Under the pieces are notes generated by a model that ran no database searches, had not been told where the DNA came from, and was given only the letters and a program-made list of their open reading frames with translations. A stretch of DNA of 57,977 bases, counting the filler, from Dugesia japonica (Eukaryota): the NCBI GenBank assembly GCA_001938525.1. It is 5 parts of 5 records of this genome, joined end to end, with 100 filler letters (N's around TTAATTAATTAA, not from the genome) between each part and the next. Parts side by side here need not be neighbours in the genome. Positions count along the whole stretch, not along the records: positions 10,696 to 27,573 come from MQRL01641943.1; 4 more parts are not named here. The stretch is one strand, 5' to 3'. The position numbers and the translations under genes are program-made. Shown here one piece after another: positions 12,853-26,794 of this stretch. The first letter of the stretch is position 1, and each line of letters opens with the position of its first letter.

Positions 12853-15285
12853 TGTTATAGTTAAAATTAAAATTGATTAAAAACAAGTCATAAAATCGCT
12901 ATAAATTAAATAAAGTAATGAAATAATGTTTTACAATTCTCAGAAATTGTGACTTTACAAAATTTTCACATTGAATTATTAAATGCAGCTGATTTTGCTT
13001 CAGCGCACACCTAATAAATTAACAAGGTCATAGTAACCCAGTAAATCAACGGTTAAAACAAGTCTAAAAAGTAAATATAAATTAATTTTAATTTATTCAT
13101 TTTTAAAGAATTTATTATTAAAAATATTTCAGAATATAATATATTAAAAGTATATTTTTTGTAAATATTTAGTTTTCGAGTTTTCAATTGGTTTAAGGTA
13201 TTATATTATAATAGTATTAGTAATATTAAAGTAAAGCTAATTTTATTAAAATCCAAAATATTTACGGTAGGTTTATTTAATAAATTTTATTTTTAAACAA
13301 AATTGTATTTTTTCACAATAAGTTTACATGATACCGATGCTTCAGTCAGTGGTCTATGATTAAGGCGTTAGTTGACATGTAGAAATAGTAGGTCAACAGA
13401 GACCGATAGTTCAGAAAAAGTAATAAAAAAATATCAAACTGCTTTATCTCCTCAGCCAATCTTTTGTGTTTTAAAGTAGTTTTGTGAATGATTGAATATG
13501 AAAAATTATCAGATATTTATATTTAAATGGTGGCTAATAATCATAATACCTTTAAATCTTATTACATTTATATAATTGTTTTGGCTTCGAGGTTTTTGAT
13601 GTTATTGTTTTATCGTGGACACTTTCTCTTGGTTCACTCGTTTCCTATGGTTTTTTAAATGGTTACTCTTCATGATAATATCTTCTAGTGGTGGAGACTT
13701 CGAAGTCGACATAAATTTGACATTGCCTTGTGCATTGCGACTTCTACCCCGAGTCTACCCCGGTATCTCGTCTTTCGATTTCAGTTTCTTTGTGTCTGCA
13801 GCTATTCTTCTCCAGACTTTATTGATTGGTTTTATTATTAGATTAAAATTACGGAATACAAACGCAAATATTTAAAGAAAATTTTATTTGCTCTTACACA
13901 ATCCATAGCTATTGGATGTCAGTTATTATTTCTGGATTGCTATTCTTGGCTTCCTTGGATGATGCATGGCTTAATATATGAACCATTAAAATCAAAACGT
14001 CTTTTTGATCGAAATCTGTCCCCTCAAGCTCCAGCAAATTCCATAAGTTAAGCATCTGATTAGGCAGGCTCGTAGTGAATTTCCATTTTTTTTCTTTAAG
14101 AGATTGTTCTGACTCCTGCACATAATTTTTCTGGTCACCTGCATATAACAAATTAATTTCATTTACCGAAACAAGTTATCGTAAGATTAGACATAGATGT
14201 TAACTTACTTTAATTATTGATATCCTCACATCAATTCACGTTGATACAACCAACTGCTTATTTATATTTCAATTCAACATGCAAGTTTCTGTGAGCGATT
14301 AAATTGATATAAGCTAGATGTTTACTCACTCGTCACAATCACAATCGTGGAGGGTTCTTCGATCATATAAAAATAATGAGAATATAAAAGAATTGTTGAA
14401 ATGGCTTTGGGATTCTTTCGAAGGCAAATCAACGATTGTATGAGTTTATTCAATATTTTCAGAATCTAATAATATATATTATCAGTCTACTATACCTAAA
14501 TATGTTTACTATAGATAAAAACCATATTTTTATAAATATGCTGTATAGTGACCTCATAGGTAGGTCAAAAATTTAGTTTTAAAAATTTATTTTCTATTCA
14601 AATATTACAGCAATTAGTTACAATAGCGTTTTTTAAATTTAATCTTCAATATGCAACTTTAGAAGATTTAGATATTATGATTGTAAAAAGATTTACAAAA
14701 TCTGAAGAGTATTTATATTCTTTTCAAGCCATGAGCTACATACACACAAATATATAATAATAATAATAATAAAATTTCGTACAATATAATAAAATTTTGT
14801 ATTTTACAAATAAAAAGCTACGCATTTTTTGTTCATAATAAAAATTCTTTTTCAAAATTTAGCAATCACGCATCAGAATTTCAAAAAATTGATTATAATA
14901 ATTTTACAGAAGTAATTATTTACAAAAAGCAAAATGTAAATAAATTACAAATTGTCAGTAAGTAATAAAAATAAATTGTCAGAATAAATATATTAATAAT
15001 CAGGATAATAAATAAATTATCCAGGTCTGGCTCTGATTGATCTGTTTATTTGAAAATTATTTTTTTATTGATTGAGATTGAGTTACTTTTACTCGTGTAT
15101 GTCTGTATCGTCGGTGTGTTATGTATCGCTTGTCTAAATAATTGGATATTTAGGGTTTGAATGTTTGTATGATTACACTTTGTATGTTGTGTGTGCTTTT
15201 GATTACTGCTTTCCCTAACATAATTATAATAAAAATTCAACTGATAATATATCAACTTATTAAAATGAATTTTAAATATATTAAT

Positions 15286-18200
15286 AGTAGGTAGATATTG
15301 GCGCACTGGATTCGACCACTCAGTAAACGTCAAATTTTTTCAATATCAGTGATCTAGTATACTCGATTCTGATTGCTGAAAACTTTCAAGGTTGAATGTT
15401 CAAGGTCAAAGTGATTTAGTATACTCGATTCAAATTGGTTGAAATAATTCAAGTTCGAATTTTCAAGGTCAGATTGATTAAGTATACTCAGTTCTGATTA
15501 GGGGAATATTTGAAGGCCGAATGAATGTAGGCCAAGGTCATTTCCATGACAATCTTTATTAGGTTAATGTTAACTATCATCCGAACAGTATAAATATTAA
15601 AATTCTCCGGGCAGACTAAATATTAAAATGTTCTAGACAGGTTTAATATTTTTTGTTTTATTGTAATTTTTTAAAAAAAATTTTTTTCCAAGGTCATTAA
15701 AAGTCGTTCAAATCAAGAGTAACACTATCGGATATAAAATTAAAAAGTAACATAGGAATGTGTAATGAACTTGCCTAAATGGCTCCTACGTAAAATGGTT
15801 ACTTCCTGTCGAAAAATGTAAACAAAGGAATTTTTTTTTGAACATGATATTGCACCGAATTTTACATCTTTCGACGCAAAATTACACGACAAACAAATTG
15901 GTGTATGACAAAATGTCCAGCAATGTAATCATAAAAAGTTATAAAATAAGAACTTATTGATTCAGTGTTTTGAAATTGTATAGATGTCTATGTAATGTTT
16001 CAAAAAACTGCATGTATATCCATGTAATATTTTCAAACTTAACATTAATCTCTATGTAATATTTTCAAAAATAACATATATGTCACTAAACGCTTAAAAA
16101 ATCCTATGTAAAATATAGGGGAAATAACGCAAATATTGCATAGAAGTCAATAAAAGTTTACATAAATTGCATAAATGTCTATGTAATATTTTCAAACATA
16201 ACATAGATGTCTATGTTATATTCTCAAAAATAGTATATATTTCTATGTAATATTTTTAAACATAACATAGATGTATCGGTAACTTTCACAAAAATAATAT
16301 AGATGCCAATAGAGTCTAACAAAAACTCAATAGAGCTTCGTACACAGTAAACTAATAGATATTATATACGCAATAAACCATATAAAGTCACTGGATTCAT
16401 ACATTAAACCCAATATGGTTTTATACTTAACACATTAAGATCTACAAAGTCATATAATACACACAATTAACACAATAAAATGATATAATACACACAATAC
16501 ACCCTATTATACAAACAATACACTAAATAATGTCATAAATTACATCTAATAATGACATATAATACATATAACTAACCCATTAAAATCACATAAATACATA
16601 CAATACTTCCAATAATGTCATATAATATACACAATAAACTTTATAAAATTATATAATGCATACACAATATACTTTATATATTCACATAATACATACAATA
16701 TACACTATAATACCCACAATATATGAAATAATGTCATATAATACGCATAATACACGAAATAATATCAATTGAATCCAATAATGTCATATAATACATAGAT
16801 TTAACCAAATAAAATCATTTAAATGCACACAATATACTCTATAGTCATATAATACATACAAAAAACCTAATAATTTCATATAATACACTTATACATATTA
16901 ATCCATGTGTGCAACATAAATACATGTTAAGCAATGAAAATGTAAGATAAACAAAGGACTGATATAAACTTAACAACGTATTAGTAATGGATTTATATAA
17001 TATTATATACGATATGGTTGAACATATATTTTCATCGGTTCAAGGTAATAATAATAACTATTATTAATCTAAAAAGATTTTTTAATAGTTGATGATTTTC
17101 AAGGAAATGATGTAGAAATAATTGAAATAGATGCATCAACAGAGNNNNNNNNNNNNNNNNNNNNNNNNNNNNNNNNNNNNNNNNNNNNNNNNNNNNNNNN
17201 NNNNNNNNNNNNNNNNNNNNNNNNNNNNNNNNNNNNNNNNNNNNNNNNNNNNNNNNNNNNNNNNNNNNGATGATATTTCTGATGAAGTAATGCCTGATAG
17301 AAGTAAAAATAAGGATATGATTGGTGAGGAAATGACTGATTCACGGACCGATGAGGAAATAAATGATAAAGAAATTACTGATATTGATTGAATTTTCAAG
17401 TGTCTAATAAAGAACAAGTGTATTTTAAATAAACTTTTCATATAATGGTTTTTTATATGTTATCTTACATAGATATTTCAATTGTATTATAATAGATGAC
17501 GTTAAAATATTTCAAAAATTACATAAAATTTTTGATAAATTACATAGAGGTTTTTAAACCATTGATTTTACATAGAGGTTGGTGAAATATTTTATAAATT
17601 ACATAGAAGTCATTACAATTTTCAAAAATTACATGAAAGTCGGTGAAATTTTATAAAAATTACTTAGTCTATGAAAATATAACAAAGTATTTGTATATGT
17701 GTTCATTTTTATTAAATATGATATTAAATATGACGAATGCAATATATTAACATTTTTAAAATTTTCCATAATCTTTTTTAAAAAAAATTATCTATTTACA
17801 ATTTGTCAGTAATTAATTTATTCATTAAAGTTAGCTTTTAATTCTTTACCAAATTGTACGAGAAAATATTTAAAAAAATTCAAAATGGTGGCTTTTATCT
17901 ACTTTTAAATGTTTCTTTGTTAAATAACTTTTTATGATTACATTGCTAGACCTTTTGTCATACACCAATTTGTTCGTCGTGTAATTTTGCATCGAAAGAT
18001 GTAAAGTTCGGCGCAATATCATGTTTTTACTTGACTTTGTTCACAAAAAACAAAATTCCTTTGTTTACATTTTTCGACAGGAAGGAACCATTTTACGATG
18101 CACGTTCATTACATATTCCTATGTTACTTTTTAATTCTCTATCCGATAGTGTTACTCTTGATTTGAACGACCTTTAATAACCTTGGAAAAAAAACTTTAA

Positions 18201-18554
18201 AAAAAAAATAAAACAAAAAATATTAAACCTGTCTAGAACGTTTAACATTTAGTCTGCTGGGAGAATTTTTATACTAAGTCTGCTCGGAGAATTTTAATAT
18301 TTGTTCTGCATGGATGATAGTTAACATTGACCTAATAAAGATTGAAAATTCGACCTTGAATTATTTCAGCCAATCAGAATCGAGTATGCAATATCCCTGA
18401 CCTTGAAAATTTGATCTTGAATTATTTTAACCAATCAGAATCGAGTATTCTAGTTCACGGACCAACCAAAATGCAGAATATTAGATAGCTGACCTTGAAA
18501 AAATTTGACCTTGACGAGTGGGGGTTAGATCCAGTGCGCCAGTATCTACCTACT
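15286..18554. mobile_element. Non-autonomous long-TIR DNA element (Polinton/Maverick-like termini)
   Basis: Ends AGTAGGTAGATATTGGCGCACTGGAT...ATCCAGTGCGCCAGTATCTACCTACT; ~15286-15945 is the inverted counterpart of ~17920-18554; ATTAAT on both sides; interior of AC-rich and ACATAGA-type subrepeats. Confidence 0.85.
16987..17391 (+). CDS. Putative two-exon small acidic protein inside the long-TIR element (partly in gap)
   Basis: Exon 16987-17044 MDLYNIIYDMVEHIFSSVQ, 44-nt GT..AG intron 17045-17088, then VDDFQGNDVEIIEIDASTE-[gap]-DDISDEVMPD...EITDID*; AATAAA just downstream. Confidence 0.5.
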
Positions 18555-21187
18555 ATTAATATTATGATTTTATTAAAACAATTTATAAAAATAAGGACAT
18601 CATGATGAATTAATAGTAATATTTTCAAAAAAAATAATAACATTATAGCAAAGGTTATAATAGATAAAAGAATTAATAAGTATCAACCCTTGTAAATTAT
18701 CATAACATTATGCCATATTATTAATATCATTCATGAAGAGAATTAAGAAGACCTCAACAAACCACCTACATTCTATTATTCCACTCTTTTATTAAATAAC
18801 TTTTAATTACTCGACACACAAAGTTTATCGTGAAGAATCACATCGTTGTAGACTTTATAGCATAATCAACTAATTTCTTGTTGTGTTTTGTTTTACTTTT
18901 ATCACCGTTCACTTTCATCTCTCAGTTATTTGGTATTATCTTCATGTTCATTCGATACTCATGCGATGTTCATACTCAATTCATATTATTTTTATTCGTC
19001 CAACACTCGTTTAATGATCAATCAGTGGATGACCCCGCAGGATACCAGCAAACCCGGGTAATTTTCATTGCCAGTATAACTAACAATCCACTACCATCAC
19101 TTTTCGCGTATCTCAATCATTATTTTAAATATATAAAAATAAATAATCATTGATAAGTTTTTTTTCTTTCTAATTTTTTTGGACTTTTACTTATATATTT
19201 ATACTGATATACTTATACACACGAAAAAAATGTGCAAATATTTCAAAAATAATTGAATTTTCACTAGAAAAATGGTAATTTNNNNNNNNNNNNNNNNNNN
19301 NNNNNNNNNNNNNNNNNNNNNNNNNNNNNNNNNNNNNNNNNNNNNNNNNNNNNNNNNNNNNNNNNNNNNNNNNNNNNNNNNNNNNNNNNNNNNNNNNNNN
19401 NNNNNNNNNNNNNNNNNNNNNNNNNNNNNNNNNNNNNNNNNNNNNNNNNNNNNNNNNNNNNNNNNNNGTCCTTCCTTATATACCCTATTGTATTGTCAAA
19501 TTTTGTCTGATTATCAGTAGGAACCACTTTAGTTTTGTTTTTTTGTCTATTTTATGAATCTTATGATTGACCGTGTATCATTCATTCGCAGGTTTTAATT
19601 CCATTTTTACAGATTATTTTATTGTCAATGCACGGTGCTTATCCGATACATAAGTTGTCTATTTTGTTGTAGAATTTTGTCTACAATTTTATATATTAAA
19701 TTATATAAATGAAAGCAAATTTTTTAAACTTTTCTAATAAGATTTAATAAAATTTAAAATTATATATTTTCAGGTCAAAGTTAATAAAGATAGTTCTGAA
19801 AAATGTGATAAAAAAATTTCAAAATAAAATTAAAGAAAAATGGGTTTATTTATAAATAGAAAATATCGAAATAATTCTACTTAATTTCACATTTTTCTTT
19901 AAATACGAAAAATTAAATTTTAATTAAAAAATAATAAAGTGAAAATGTAATTCAAATGTAAATCAACATATTTACAAAAGAAACAACTTTAAGAAATAAA
20001 TCGATAAAAAGTATATATTACTTAATGTTTACATTTGCAAATCAATTGATACATTTTTTATAACGAAAATGCATTTGTAAACAAAAGGTTTTCTAAATAC
20101 TATTTTCATTGTTACTTTTCAAAAACTAAAATGTTTCATAAGAGACTGACGATGAAGATACAGAACTGATTAATATGAAAATTATTTTTAAATTACACAT
20201 TGTAACTAAATTTAAATTTGTTAGCATTTTGAGTAGTAAAACAAAAATGAAATTTATTAATTAAAATATTATATTTTATCTTTTTTAGTAATTAATTAAT
20301 AATAAATTTTGATACTTTGAAATTACAAGAATTATTGTGAGAATAATTTTTGGATTTAAACATTGATCGCATTAAATTGAGAGCTGCGTTCAAAATGTTG
20401 ATTTTCGTTCTTTGTTAGTTATTCAAATTTTTTGACAATTTTCTTCTTAAATGAAATCTGCCTGAAGACAATATTCGAAAATTTGTAGAATTATTAATGA
20501 ACTAACATATGATTATGAAAAAGTAAATCTTTTGGAAAATTATGAAATTTTTAGAATTACAAAAGAATTTCCATATGATGATGATTTTACTGAAATGAAG
20601 AATTTGATATTAAAAGTTAGATTCCATCATTTGGAATTCATATTAAATAAGTATTTTTAAAACCTTTCTGAGATTAAAATTAAGAATTGGAATAAAATGT
20701 TTAGATAGGAAACGTAATATCGAGAAATATCAGCCGAAATTTGTATAAATACTCAATTAAGAATTAGAATAGAATCTAAATTTTAGATAACATAATGAGA
20801 GAAACAGAAGGTCATGAATCTGAAAGAATTTTATTAAATGTGCTTTAACTATAAGATTTTTTATCTAAATAGATGTCTACTATCGGCGGTTCACATATTA
20901 AATTATCATTTAATAATATAACAATAATTAATTCAGAAAACACAGATAACATTTGTTTCGTTTAGTGTCCTTTAAAATCAAGTCAAGTAGCAAACAACTT
21001 AGAATTAAAATTATACATAGAAAAATTATTAAAAGATGAAACAATTAATTGTTTTTTTTCATTAAATTATATTAAAAATTTAACAAAATATTTCCAAGAA
21101 AATTGCTTGAAAGTGAATGTTTTTTTCAATATATAAATATAAAACCATAATTTCTATTGTCAGAGAACATTTATACTGGACAATTCT

Positions 21188-23920
21188 AGTAAACAGATAG
21201 TGACGCATGGCACCATTACCCTTCTCTTCCGTCTCCCTAATGCCCAAAATACTGGTGCCGAAATATACTGATATAAACTTTGATCTGATGCTGAAATTTG
21301 TATATAGAAATTCATGCGCGGGAGTTTAAACTTTAATACTGACTTTCCTCGGTAAGCGGTATTGTACAGGTATCATAGTATCGTTGGATGCATAATCTTG
21401 CAGCGGATCTCATGGTTCAATCCTGAGTTCGGAATTCCCACTAAAAATGGCGCTAAAAGTACATTTTGATTTTATGAATCAAAGTCTATTTAAATTAATA
21501 TTTTCTGTTCCAACTTAATATTTATGGATGCGCAATTAGATGACAAACACAATGACGTTGTTTTATGTTTAGTCCAATGTAAGGGTAAAAAGTCAAAAAA
21601 GATTTAAAATTTAAAATGTTTTTGAAATCAGTCTCTATCAAAATCTTTCCATAACACTCATCAAGGTTTTGAGACCATTTGATAAAGAAATAAAAGTAAA
21701 ATATTTCTCACTTAAAAACTTTTAAATACAAATATTTTCCTAATGGTGTTATCGTTAAAACCAAAATTTTGGCTCCGTGGTGAGCGGTTTCAATCATTTG
21801 ACTTGAAACCACAATCAATAAAATGAAAATAGAAAACAATCTATACAATGTCTAAAGGACTTATGGTTACAAATGTTTCCTTCAAAGCGAAAACTTATGG
21901 ACAGGAGAATAAATAAATACTGGCGCATTGTCTCTTCTGAAATACATCACTTTTAAAATTACTCTTAAAACCTTTGGATATGTGCTATGATCACAAACTT
22001 GGTATCGTTAAACATGTCAAAGCTTGAGAAACATAACTGCATACAAACAAATTAATAAAATCATATAATGTACACAATAAACATAATAAAGCCATTAAAA
22101 ACATATAATAAACCAAAAACATACAGTTAAATACACATAATAAACCTAATAAGTCAGTTAAATACACTTACAATGAACCATACACACACTAAACCAAATA
22201 GATACATATAATGCATACAGTAAACTTAATAAGCACACCAAGTACACACAAATATCCCCTATAGAGCCATTAAAATACATACACAATAATACACACACAA
22301 TAACTCAATAAAGTTATTAGATACACAAAATAAACCTTATAGAGTCTTATACACAGTAAACCAATTGGTTTTATCCACACACTATAAAGCTCATAGAGTT
22401 ATATAATACACAAAGTAAGCCCAATAAGGTCTTATAATATACAGAATAAATTGTAAAGTGTCATTAAATACACACTTATGTTAAACCCTTTAGAGTATAA
22501 ATGCATAGATGTTGGTAAAATATTTCAAAAATTACATAGAAGTCAATACAATTCTTTATAAATTACATTGAAGTCACCGAAAAATTTCAAAAATTGCATA
22601 GAAGTCCCCAAACATTTTCAAATTCATATGTAAACCATTGGGATAAAATTACAAAAGTTACTTAGAAGTCACCCAAAATTAAAACAAATTACACAGAAGT
22701 CTATGAAAATTTAACAAAATAATCTAGCATGTTTGTGTCTTCATTTTTATAAATTATGATTAAATATTACATGTGTTACATAAATACAACATAAATGCAT
22801 TTAAATTTTTCATAATCCTTTTAAAATAAAATTTATCTATTTACAATTTGTAAGTAGATAATTTATTAATTTTTATTCAAATTTACAATTTAAATGGCAA
22901 ATATTTAGCTACCTATTCGTCAAACTGTTTTGAATACATAACAAATTTATTTGTCATTTCATTACAATTCTAATGATATTACGTTTAATGCATTTTCATA
23001 AAGAAATGGTACCAAAAATTCATTTAAAAAATATTTTTAAAAAGACCTTTGTTCTTTCTTGTATGGTTTTCCCGTAAGACATACATTTTCGATACCATTT
23101 TTTTAAACAATGTATAGGTAGTTTTTAATTGCTTACCAGATAGTATAAAATTCAAGTCTTGATGATAAAAGTTTAAGGCAGTTTTTAAACTTTAAAACTT
23201 TATATATTTAATTACTCAACAAAAGAACGTCTGATTAAAATTCTGAGATAAAAGTTATGGTCCTCAAGCTTTTACAAAATTGACACCATAGCATGCATAT
23301 AATAATTTTAATTGTACTTTTAAAAGCGCTGAATTTAAGTAGTGACATACTGACAAGTCTCACTACTTTCATGTTCATAATTTTTTGATATGATGGAAGC
23401 ATTTTTCATCATAAGTCCTTTAAGTAATGTATTAAATAGATGATTTTCGATTTTGATTCCGATGATAAAGGTTTCAACTCAAAAATTAGAACCGCGCACC
23501 GTAGAGCCAAACATTTTGTTTTATCAATATCTCCGTTAACGAAAACATTTTTATTTAAAAATCTCTAAGTGAGATATATTCTTCTTTTCTCTATCAAATG
23601 TTGTCAAAATGTTGATGGGTGTTATGGCAAAGATTTCATCTATATTGATTTTTAAAATCTTTTAAAGTTTTAAATCTTTAACAACATTTTACCCTTACAT
23701 CCGACTAAAATTACAACAACTCCATTATATTCATCATTTTATTAAGCATCCGACAATATCAAGTCTAAACGAAAAATATGAATTTAAGTGGACTTTGACC
23801 CATAAAATCGATAAGTACCTTTAGCCGCCATTTTGAAAGAAAAGATCAATTTACATAAATTTTGTATGGATGTGTTCTTATTGTACGTTTTAACTTCATT
23901 GGTGACGGGGGTATGGTACA
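21188..23920. mobile_element. Second, more diverged long-TIR element of the same group
   Basis: Starts AGTAAACAGATAGTGACGCA; ~21440-21800 is inverted relative to ~23480-23835; interior 22500-22870 is homologous to 17500-17830; right terminus lost. Confidence 0.7.
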
Positions 23921-24742
23921 TAAAGAAACACATTTTCGATGAAACAATGTATATAATCACAATTTTTGCGAGAATAACCTTTGGACTTAAACATTGATCG
24001 CGTGTGAGATTTCATTAAAATAAAGATAAGACTTCGATCAAAAATAAAATTTACTTGTATAGAAATTCAAATTTTCGACAGTAGTTTTCTTCAGGAAAAT
24101 TATGACTTCTAAATAAATTAAACGCAATAGATCTTTGTCACACAATTCTTTAGATTTTATCGAAATTTTATTGGTTTATTTTAATTATATATTTTAACTT
24201 TAAATTAGCTCTCAAAATTTTTTAATTAAATGGGAAAGTCTTTTAGACTTTATAATTACAATTATTGTGAGAATAATTGTTGGACTTAACCATTGATTGC
24301 ATTTGAGTAGCAAAAAGTCTTTTAGATATTTAATTATTAGTTTTGTTTTGATTTTTTTCACATATTAGAGATTTTTTAAAGTTTTTTTTGCATTATAAAT
24401 TTTTATATATTAGTGATTTCTAAAATTTTATTCGATTAAAATTTTTATATATTAGAAATTTTGAAATTTTTTACAATTATTTTATGATAATCAAAATTTT
24501 TATATTTTTGATGTTTTTTGTGATTACTGTTTTTATTTATGTTATATTCAAAAGACAATACTTTAAAAATTTTAAATTATTTTTTTAAAAAATAAAATTT
24601 AAAAGTTTCTTTCAAATTCGTATTAAAATTATTTTGTTANTAATATTATATCGTTTTTTAAAAGATAGAATATCTAAAATATTTTCTTAAGGATATTTAG
24701 TATTTCTTTCTTTGCTACCGATTCTCCTTTAGAAAATATTTT

Positions 24743-24995
24743 GAATTAGCCAATAGTATTAATGATAACATCAAATTCATTTTAGAGAAGTCAATCGACT
24801 TTCAGATTCCTTTTCTGGACACCTTAACCCAAAAGACACTTGGTGAAGTATTAACTACCCAGTTTTATATGAAACTATTTCATAGTAAACATATATTACC
24901 CTTAAATAGTAATAATACCATCAGACAGAAAATTGGAATAATCAAGGGTGAAAAAATAAGAGCTGAAAGACTATCTTCAAATGAAGAAATGAGAT
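24743..24995 (+). mobile_element. Penelope-like reverse transcriptase C-terminal fragment
   Basis: ELANSINDNIKFILEKSIDFQIPFLDTL...TTQFYMKLFHSKHILPLNS...KIGIIKGEKIRAERLSS matches the PLE RT IKFT.E...LPFLD...Y.KPTHS...RA.R.SS pattern; part is duplicated at 25463-25528. Confidence 0.85.
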
Positions 24996-24997
24996 TG

Positions 24998-25312
24998 ACC
25001 AAGGTTCTTTAGTCAATGTATAGAGCTAATCTGATCAAAATTGTAGGCGACGCAAGTTTTTAATGTTTAATCTTTAATAACTTTCCATCGCACGCCTGAT
25101 TGACTCGAGTATTGCGCTATGAAACCCATGACATCTTTACGTATCAAATGATACCATGGCAATACCTGTACAATACCGTTTGACAGAGGAAAGTTCGAAT
25201 TTTAATTTTTCGGTTACATATTTACAAACCAGATCCAAAGGTCAAACCAACAAATACTAAAACACTTTGCCGATGGAGGGGAGGTGTTCCAGTGCGCCAG
25301 TATTTGCCTACT
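24998..25312. mobile_element. Isolated terminal fragment of the AGTAG long-TIR family
   Basis: Ends CCAGTGCGCCAGTATTTGCCTACT; its reverse complement resembles 21188-21430 (shared ACTTTCCTC..CGGTATTGTACAGGTAT). Confidence 0.65.
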
Positions 25313-26794
25313 AACGTCTGATTATTATGGAAGGCATAGGATCCGAAGAAGGCCATGTCAAAATCAGCTTGTGTGATAACACATAAAGATGTATTTAGCT
25401 GATAAGTGTTTTCTGTTTATAAATCCAATTAAATGTATATTGTAATATAGTCAGTTATTCTTTGACTTTCAGATTCCTTTTCTAGACACCTCAATCCAAA
25501 AGACACTTGGTGAAGTATTAACTACCCACTTATAATAACAAAATCTGAGCATTAATATCACGACTATTTTCTAAAGACGGGTTACCACAAAGACCCGCAT
25601 TGACAGGGGGTAGATTGAGACAGTGAATGAGCACTGTAAAATTTCTGCCGGCTTCGAAGTATCTATCCCTAGAACAACAAACAATGGAGAAAGAAAAAAT
25701 AAATAAAGAAGAGAATGAAAGAGTTAAGTAAAACCTCGAAGCCCAACAACTTAATATAATTAAAAACCCAACTTTAAAGTTAAATTTAATTCTAACGATG
25801 AAACGTAAAATCAATAAACTTTACACTAAGAAATTAAATTAAAAAATTTCAAAACGCTAACAAATTTAATGATATCCATAGAATTAAACAATCCAAAAAA
25901 ATTGGATAATATTTGATGCACTAATAAATCGTTTGAATTTTCTTATTTATTAATTCTTTTTAATTAATTATAAATAATTTAATTGAAATGGAAAAGATTT
26001 ACTTCAATATCAGCGATTGTCCTGGTGGAATTGAATTATAGGAAAAAGCCTTTTTTCAACAGTTTTAAAACGACGAGTGGAAAATATTCTATCAAGATAT
26101 AGAAATTAATTCCTCAGAAATTATATACTGTAATATTCTTTCGTTTATTATCTGATTGATAATTTTATTGAATATAATTTTTGGAATAGAAAATTTATGA
26201 AAATTTACTAATTGAATAAATTCGATTACAATTATAAATGATTGTGTATTCACGTTTTGTTTAAATTGAATGATAAGTAAACATAAATGATCGAGACATT
26301 TTAATTATGTATTCTATTGAATAGATTTAATAATAATCTAATTTTATTTGCATATTTCATATCGATCTTATTAATTTACAATTAGATTTTTGTACATCAT
26401 CTAATAAGTTTTCCTCCAATTTATGCTTGGATTCGGTTCGAATAATAATAAAATCAATGATTTCTTTCTACATCAGTGATCGTGAACCCTGTAAACATGG
26501 GTAACATACCAACTTTAATATTTTATTTTTTCACATGATTAGAAAAAACAATCACAAAATTTTAGCCGGAAAACATTATACATATCAGATATGTACTGTG
26601 TAAATGTAAACTAATTTTTATTTAAACTATTAATATTGTTGCATAATGTGTGTACTGAAGTTATTTTAATTATTATTTAATATAAAAGCTTAGATCAAAA
26701 TTTAATTGAATTAATTAATTGAATTTAATTTGAATTTTAATTTAATTGAATTAATTTAAATTCAAAAAGGTTTTAATTATTGATATTGGATAAC

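Noticed and set aside
13550-14160. Coding-like minus-strand segment (80-aa ORF plus continuation)
   Set aside because: Contains in-frame stops, has no recognisable motif and gives no convincing splice model; left unassigned
25339-25368. CCGAAGAAGGCCATGTCAAAA as a hammerhead
   Set aside because: Both core boxes are mutated and there is no helix I; too degenerate to support
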